From NCBI GenBank assembly GCA_963708135.1, contig OY970192.1, positions 896,001 through 960,000 of the forward strand: DNA of 64,000 bases, written 5' to 3'. The position numbers and the translations under genes are program-made. The notes beneath the pieces are model-generated. The model did not search any database, had not been told where the DNA came from, and saw only the letters and a program-made list of their open reading frames with translations. This document shows positions 58,561 through 64,000 of this stretch, piece by piece (positions within the stretch are counted from its first letter, which is position 1; each line of letters opens with the position of its first letter). This DNA comes from an uncultured Gemmatimonadales bacterium (GTDB lineage Bacteria; Gemmatimonadota; Gemmatimonadetes; Longimicrobiales; RSA9).

Positions 58561-59181
58561 ATGGATGCGATGACGGACGAACGTGAGATGCGGCCGCAGG
58601 ATGGCGGTGCCGCCGGCGCTGATGCGGTGGCCGCCGGTGCGGCTGGTGTCACGCCGGAAGACGTGGAGACGGCGGCGGCGCACGCCGGGGCTGCTCGGGA
58701 CCCGGAGGATGACCCGGCCGCGGCGCAGCTCGACGAGATGCGCGCGGAGCTGCAGGTGCTGAACGAGCGCCACCTGCGTCTGGCGGCGGAGTTCGACAAC
58801 TACCGGAAGCGGAGCGACCGCGAGCGCATGGAGCAGCACACGCGCTCGCAGGCCGACCTCGCGCGTCGCCTGCTGGATGTGATCGACGACCTGCAGCGCG
58901 TAGCCGAGGTGGATGTCGCGAGCACGACCACGGACGCGCTGCACGAGGGCGTCGCGCTCGTGGAGAAGAAGCTCCGCCGGGCGCTGGAATCGGCCGGCCT
59001 GGAGCCGATCGACCCGACGGGCGAGTTCTTCAACCCGGAGTCCATGGAAGCGCTAATGACCGTTCCGGCGGAGCATCCCGAGGAGGACGACGTCGTCGCG
59101 GCGGTGCTGCAGAAGGGCTATCGCTTCGGCAACGTGCTGATCCGCCCCGCGCGCGTCCAGGTCAAGAAGTACGAGGAATAG
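58561..59181 (+). CDS. grpE: Nucleotide exchange factor GrpE
   Basis: LRLAAEFDNYRKR, LLDVIDDLQR, FNPESMEA, LQKGYRF..LIRPARVQV; start 58561 or 58570. Confidence 0.94.
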   Translation: MDAMTDEREMRPQDGGAAGADAVAAGAAGVTPEDVETAAAHAGAARDPEDDPAAAQLDEMRAELQVLNERHLRLAAEFDNYRKRSDRERMEQHTRSQADLARRLLDVIDDLQRVAEVDVASTTTDALHEGVALVEKKLRRALESAGLEPIDPTGEFFNPESMEALMTVPAEHPEEDDVVAAVLQKGYRFGNVLIRPARVQVKKYEE

Positions 59182-59187
59182 CACGCC

Positions 59188-60339
59188 GTGCCGGCGACGA
59201 CGACGAAGGACTACTACCAGGTCCTCGGGGTCCCGGAGACCGCCACGCCGGAGGAGATCAAGAAGGCCTACCGGCGGCTCGCCAAGCAGCACCACCCGGA
59301 TGCCAACCCGGACAACCCGCAGGCCGCGGATCGCTTCAAGGAGGTCGGCGAGGCGTACTCGGTCCTCTCCGACGCGGAGAAGCGCAAGCAGTACGATCAG
59401 GTCCGGAAGAACCCGTTCGCGGGATTCGCCGGCTTCGGGCACCGGCCCGCCGGCGCCGGCGGGCCCGGTGGCGCCAGCCACGGCGGCTTCGGGCAGCAGG
59501 GCGGCAGCTTCTCCTTCGAAGACCTCGGCGACATGGGCGGGCTGGGGGACATCTTCAGCTCGATCTTCGACCTCGGGAAGCGGCGCCGCGGGAGGGGCGG
59601 CCGGACGGCCGGCCCGGAGCGGGGACGCGACGTCGAATACGTCGTCGAGATCCCCTTCGCGACCGCAGCGCGGGGCGGCAAGCTTCCGATCACCGTGCCG
59701 GTCACCGAGGAATGCGCGACCTGCGGCGGCACCGGGAGCGCGCCCGGCACGAAGCCGCAGACCTGTCCGGAGTGCAAGGGCTCCGGCACGATCAGTTTCG
59801 GCCAGGGCGGCTTCGCCGTCAGCAGGCCGTGCCCGATGTGTCTCGGGCGCGGCACCGTCCCCACCCAGCCGTGTCCGACCTGCGGCGGGCAGGGGCAGGT
59901 CCGCGAGCAGCGCCAGATCGTGGTCACCATCCCGGCCGGCGTGGACAGCGGCTCGAAGCTGCGCCTCTCCGGGCAGGGCGAGCGCGGGCCCGGCGGCGGT
60001 CCGCCCGGCGACCTGCTGCTCACCTTCCGCGTGAAGTCCGACCGGTTCTTCCGCCGCGAGGGACTGGACATCTACTCGACCGTCCCGATCAACCTCGCCC
60101 AGGCCACCCTCGGCTCGAAGATCCGCGTGCGCAGCGTGGACGGGAAGAAGGTCGCGCTACGGATCCCGCCGGGCACCCAGTCCGGGACGCGGTTCCGGAT
60201 CCCGGGCCAGGGCGTCGAGAAAGGCGACCGCCGAGGCGACCAGTACGTGCAGGTGAAGATCATCGTGCCCGAGACGCTCTCGCCCGAGCAGGAGGAGCTC
60301 ATGCGGGAGTTCGCCGAGATGTCCAACCTCAGGTATTGA
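59188..60339 (+). CDS. dnaJ: Chaperone DnaJ (class A)
   Basis: [14 protein letters not shown]-rich region, four CxxCxGxG repeats. Confidence 0.95.
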   Translation: MPATTTKDYYQVLGVPETATPEEIKKAYRRLAKQHHPDANPDNPQAADRFKEVGEAYSVLSDAEKRKQYDQVRKNPFAGFAGFGHRPAGAGGPGGASHGGFGQQGGSFSFEDLGDMGGLGDIFSSIFDLGKRRRGRGGRTAGPERGRDVEYVVEIPFATAARGGKLPITVPVTEECATCGGTGSAPGTKPQTCPECKGSGTISFGQGGFAVSRPCPMCLGRGTVPTQPCPTCGGQGQVREQRQIVVTIPAGVDSGSKLRLSGQGERGPGGGPPGDLLLTFRVKSDRFFRREGLDIYSTVPINLAQATLGSKIRVRSVDGKKVALRIPPGTQSGTRFRIPGQGVEKGDRRGDQYVQVKIIVPETLSPEQEELMREFAEMSNLRY

Positions 60340-60347
60340 GGCCGACC

Positions 60348-60581
60348 ATGGCCAGACGCTTTCAGGACGGGAATTTCCTGCACTGGGAGGCCTACGCGAG
60401 CACCGGGCCGTTCGGCTATCCGGAGCGCCCGCACATCGTCTTCAACTGCCTGACCGACAAGACGATCCGACCCCGTTACATGGAGCGCCCCGGCGAGGAG
60501 CCCGAGCTCGCGCGCTGGGTCGAGGCCGCCCCCGACACCGAGCTCCGCGACCTGCTCGAGCACGCCCGCGCCCTCGCCTGA
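60348..60581 (+). CDS. Small hypothetical protein (77 aa)
   Basis: GAGG SD and ATG 8 nt after the dnaJ stop; MARRFQDGNFLHWEAYAST..IVFNCL; typical codon usage. Confidence 0.65.
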   Translation: MARRFQDGNFLHWEAYASTGPFGYPERPHIVFNCLTDKTIRPRYMERPGEEPELARWVEAAPDTELRDLLEHARALA

Positions 60582-60611
60582 GGAGGCGCGCGGCCGGCAG
60601 CTCCCTCGCGG

Positions 60612-61691
60612 TCATGCGATCCGACCCCCGCCGACCACCTCGTCCTCGCGGTAGACCACCCCGGACTGGCCCGGCGTAACGGCGCGCTGGGGCGCGTCGA
60701 GCGTGAAGCGGGCCTCGTCGCCCGAGAGCGCCTCCACCGTGGCCGGCACGGCACGGGCGCGGTGGCGCAGCTGGAGCAGGATGCGCTCGCCGGGAGCCGG
60801 TGGCGGAGCCAGCCAGTTGAGGTCGCGCACGGCGACGCCCTGCCGCCCCAGCGCCTCCACCCCGCCTACCACCACCTCGTTCCGCTCCGGCACCACGCCC
60901 AGCACGTAGAGCGGGCGTCCCCGCCCGCCGCCCAGCCCCTTCCGCTGGCCCACCGTGTAGCGAGCATAGCCGGCGTGCTCGCCGACCACGGCGCCGTCAC
61001 GCGAGACCACGGGGCCGGGGCGGAGGGAGGGGTGGTCGGGGCCGAGGCGCCGCTCGAGCAGGTCGCCGTAGTCGCCGGTCGGCACGAAGCAGATCTCCTG
61101 CGACTCGGGCTTGTCGGCGGTCGAGAGGCCGAGCGAGCGCGCTCTCTCCCGCACCTCCGGCTTCGTCAGGGCGCCTACGGGAAAGCGCAGATACGGCAGC
61201 ACGGCGCGGGGCACGCCCCAGAGGAAGTAGCTCTGGTCCTTGGCGCGGTCGAGGCCCCGGCGCAGGCGCGGCGTGCCGTCGCCGCCCTCGGCCACCCGGG
61301 CGTAGTGGCCCGTGGCGATCGCGTTCGCGCCGAGCATGCGGCCGCGCCGCAACAGGTCCGGGATCTTCGTGTTGGAGTTGCAGCGCACGCACGGGTTCGG
61401 CGTGCGCCCCGCGGCGTACTCGGCCACGAAGTCGTCGATTACGGCCCGCGTGAACGCCTCTTCCACGTCGAAGACGTAGTGCGGGATGCCCAGGCGGTCG
61501 CACACCCGGCGGGCATCCATGATCCCGTCCAGACCGCAGCACGTCCGGGAATGCGCCGGCGTCTCCGAGTAGCAGAAGGTCTTCATCGTCGCGCCGACGA
61601 CGCGGTGCCCCGTCTCCACCAGGAGTGCCGCCGCCACCGAGGAGTCCACGCCCCCGCTCATCGCCACGAGCACCGTGTCCGGCGCGCTCAC
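60612..61691 (-). CDS. mnmA: tRNA 2-thiouridine(34) synthase MnmA
   Basis: VAMSGGVDSS, GRTPNPCVRCN, ATGHYA, KDQSYFL, ESQEICF, YTVGQRKG, TPGQ. Confidence 0.96.
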   Translation of the reverse strand: MSAPDTVLVAMSGGVDSSVAAALLVETGHRVVGATMKTFCYSETPAHSRTCCGLDGIMDARRVCDRLGIPHYVFDVEEAFTRAVIDDFVAEYAAGRTPNPCVRCNSNTKIPDLLRRGRMLGANAIATGHYARVAEGGDGTPRLRRGLDRAKDQSYFLWGVPRAVLPYLRFPVGALTKPEVRERARSLGLSTADKPESQEICFVPTGDYGDLLERRLGPDHPSLRPGPVVSRDGAVVGEHAGYARYTVGQRKGLGGGRGRPLYVLGVVPERNEVVVGGVEALGRQGVAVRDLNWLAPPPAPGERILLQLRHRARAVPATVEALSGDEARFTLDAPQRAVTPGQSGVVYREDEVVGGGRIA

Positions 61692-61740
61692 CCGCCGCCT
61701 CCCGCCCTGGCCCGCATCGCGGGCGCGGCCGCCATCGCCC

Positions 61741-62907
61741 TCAAAAGATCCCTGCCGCCGCGCGCACCCGCTCGACCACCTTCGGGACGAGCGCGGCCGC
61801 CCGCTCGATCTCCTCCTCCGTCGTCGTCCAGCCGAGCGAGAAGCGCACCGAGGCCTCCCCACGCACCGCCCGCCCGAGGGCCACCAGCACGTGACTCGGC
61901 TCTACGGCCCCGCTCTGGCACGCCGAGCCCGTGGACGCCGCGATCCCCTCCAGGTCGAGCGACATGATCAGCGCGTCCTGGTCCGCGTCCGGCACGGAGA
62001 CGTTCAGCGTTTGCGGCAGCCGCGCCGCGCCGCCACCGTTCACCACCAGCCCCGCCACGCCGGCCTCGAGCCCGGCCTGCAGACGGTCCCGCAGCTCCGC
62101 CAGGCGACGCTCCTCCCGCGCCTGCGTGCCCACCGCCAGCTCCGCCGCGGTCGCCAGACCCACGGCGGCCGCCACGTTCTCCGTCCCCGGCCTGAGCCCC
62201 CGCTGCTGGCTGCCGCCGTGCGTGAGCGGCTCCAGCGCCGTGCCGTCGCGGACGTACAGTGCCCCCACGCCCTTCGGGCCGCCCAGCTTGTGGCCGCTCA
62301 CCGACAGCAGGTCGCAGCCGGCCTCGTCCACCCGCACCCGCACCTTCCCGAACGCCTGCACCGCATCCGTGTGGAAGGGCACGCCCGCCGAGCGGCAGCG
62401 CGCGGCCAGCTCCGCCACCGGCTGGACCGTGCCCACCTCGTTGTTGCCCCACATCACCGACACCACCGCGGGCGCCGCCGCCAGCGCCTCATCGAGCGCT
62501 CCCGGATCCACGCGGCCCTCCGAATCGACACCCAGGAGGATCCGCTCCGCGCCTTCCCGCGCGGCCGCCTCCGCAGCCGCCAGCACCGCCTTGTGCTCGA
62601 TCGCCGAGCACACCACCGCACCCGCCGCCCCTCCGCCCGCCGCCGCCCGCGCGGCACGCCACGAGCCGAGCACCGCCAGGTTGTCCGCCTCCGTGCCCCC
62701 GCCCGTGAAGACGATCTCCCCGCGCTTCGCCCCGAGCGCCGCCGCCAGCCGCTCGCGCGCCTCTTCCAGCGCCCCGCGCGCCTCACGGCCCCACCGGTGC
62801 ACGCTCGACGGATTGCCGAACCGCGCGCTCGCATACGGCGCCATCACGCGCACCACCTCCGGCCGCATCGGAGTCGTCGCCGCATGGTCCAGATAAATCG
62901 CCTCCAT
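61741..62907 (-). CDS. iscS: Cysteine desulfurase (IscS/NifS family)
   Basis: IYLDHAATTP, GNPSSVH, GGTEADN, HTDAVQ, SGHKLGGPKG, STGSACQS; adjacent to mnmA. Confidence 0.92.
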   Translation of the reverse strand: MEAIYLDHAATTPMRPEVVRVMAPYASARFGNPSSVHRWGREARGALEEARERLAAALGAKRGEIVFTGGGTEADNLAVLGSWRAARAAAGGGAAGAVVCSAIEHKAVLAAAEAAAREGAERILLGVDSEGRVDPGALDEALAAAPAVVSVMWGNNEVGTVQPVAELAARCRSAGVPFHTDAVQAFGKVRVRVDEAGCDLLSVSGHKLGGPKGVGALYVRDGTALEPLTHGGSQQRGLRPGTENVAAAVGLATAAELAVGTQAREERRLAELRDRLQAGLEAGVAGLVVNGGGAARLPQTLNVSVPDADQDALIMSLDLEGIAASTGSACQSGAVEPSHVLVALGRAVRGEASVRFSLGWTTTEEEIERAAALVPKVVERVRAAAGIF

Positions 62908-63052
62908 ACCCGCCTCCATCGCTCCGTTCAATCCGCAGGAAGCTGATAACCTCAACGCCCGCAATGGATCCGGCCACGAGATGCTGGACCGCCGCCGCCC
63001 TGTTCGCTAACATACCATGCGCGATCTCTTCGCTCTACCATAACGGAGACGA

Positions 63053-63391
63053 ATGCGCCGCACGCGCCCCCCGTTCCCCGACCATCGACCGCCTCGCTTC
63101 CGCGCCACCGTCCACGGTACGGTCTTCGCCCGAAGGACCGAGTGCGTCGATGCCCTGAGCGAGGGCGACGAGCTGCTCCTCCTGCCCGGCGTCCCCCTCG
63201 ACGACGAGCCCGGCGTCTGGGTCCACCTCCGCGATGGCGACCTCGTCGGACACCTGCCTCCGGAGATCGAGCACTGGCTCGCGCCCTGGCTCCTCCGCGG
63301 CGGCTGCGCCGTCGCCCGCGCCGTCCACGTCTCCGGCGCCGAGGTGCCCAGTTGGAGGCGCCTGGTCATCGAGGTGGACTGCGGCGCCTAG
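63053..63391 (+). CDS. Stand-alone HIRAN-like domain protein
   Basis: TVHGTVF..LSEGDELLL.P..DEPGVWV..G..VGHLP..LAPWL..G pattern of HIRAN domains; GGAG SD. Confidence 0.65.
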   Translation: MRRTRPPFPDHRPPRFRATVHGTVFARRTECVDALSEGDELLLLPGVPLDDEPGVWVHLRDGDLVGHLPPEIEHWLAPWLLRGGCAVARAVHVSGAEVPSWRRLVIEVDCGA

Positions 63392-63420
63392 CGCCCCAGC
63401 GCTTCGTTCCCCCCGAGTCC

Positions 63421-63486
63421 CGAATCCCGCCAGTCGCCCCTGTTGAGACATTCCCCGGACATGGATGGGACATGAGTGGGACAAAC
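63421..63486 (+). other. att-like junction: tRNA-His-like 3' fragment followed by 11-bp phased direct repeats
   Basis: CGAATCCCGCCAGTCGCCCC (63421-63440), then GACA at 63447, 63458, 63469, 63480. Confidence 0.45.
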
Positions 63487-63814
63487 GGGCCTCGGCCGTG
63501 CCGTTGAGGAGGAGGCGTAAGTGTTGTTGCGCAACGGCTCGCGCGCGCGGCCCGGGGCGCGTGGCGGCCGGACCGCCTCTTGCCTGTCGCTAGCCCCGGC
63601 CGGAGCCGCTGCGATGCTACCCGCCTCCCGGAAGGGACAGACGTCTCACCGGATCCGCGCTCTCGGTACGGTGGCTGCCCACCCACGAAACCCACCTCGG
63701 CCCCGAGGGCGTGGAGCCCACACGCTGATCCGGCACAGCCGCGCCGGAGACCAGGAGCCGGCCCGGATGATCCACCCGGGCCGGCTCCTGGTCATCGAGG
63801 GGCGCGGTGCGCCC

Positions 63815-64000
63815 TCAGATGCTGTTGACGTCGAGGGCGACGGGATCGTCGACGCGCAGGGTCTCGCGCATCCAGAGGGGTTCGCCGTACGGACGGCGGA
63901 TGAGCGAGCCGTAGTGGGCGGCGTGGGCGAGGATCTGCTCGCGCAGCGGGCGCTCACCGCCGCCGAAGATCTCGCCCATCGCGGTCTTCCCCTCGAATTG
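63815..64000 (-). CDS. C-terminal end of an unidentified protein (runs off the window)
   Basis: QFEGKTAMGEIFGGGERPLREQILAHAAHYGSLIRRPYGEPLWMRETLRVDDPVALDVNSI*; strong GC3 bias. Confidence 0.55.
   Translation of the reverse strand, partial: QFEGKTAMGEIFGGGERPLREQILAHAAHYGSLIRRPYGEPLWMRETLRVDDPVALDVNSI

Noticed and set aside
63361..63445. Complete or split tRNA gene
   Set aside because: No D-arm, anticodon arm or matching 5' acceptor strand at the right distance; the upstream sequence is the HIRAN-like CDS

Overview
Very GC-rich bacterial chromosome segment. Gene content suggests Gemmatimonadota or another FCB-group lineage, but that is inference. Left arm (1-15.6 kb): rplI end, a 12-unit 15/16-bp non-coding tandem array, rsfS, a gluzincin/beta-propeller/Omp85 outer-membrane protein, a pseudo-ATPase-TM-SPOR gene coupled to an smc with a shortened hinge, an S8 protease with a T9SS/FlgD-like tail, an MBL hydrolase, an SDR epimerase, a CoA-binding protein and aroF. 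Centre (16-49 kb): a ~33-kb, 28-gene Wzx/Wzy/Wza/Wzc polysaccharide locus rich in tailoring enzymes: WbpB/E/D, FnlABC, a WbuX-HisH-HisF amidotransferase trio, AsnB, three DegT aminotransferases, a methyltransferase, a deacetylase-like protein, an extended DmpG-like aldolase, an ATP-grasp ligase and a PAPS-type sulfotransferase. Its Wzc has a Walker-B D-to-N change, and fnlA lacks its stop at a C6 run. Right arm (49-64 kb): dnaX, a small antisense zinc-ribbon gene, an internally deleted IS3 element, ybaB-recR-orf-mglB-mglA-pgsA-cinA-lipase, an SRP RNA with a non-GNRA apical loop, yraN, grpE-dnaJ (no dnaK) behind a sigma54-type promoter, mnmA, a cysteine desulfurase, a HIRAN-like gene, and an att-like junction (tRNA-His-like 3' fragment plus 11-bp phased repeats). 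All calls come from reading motifs by eye; no database searches were run.
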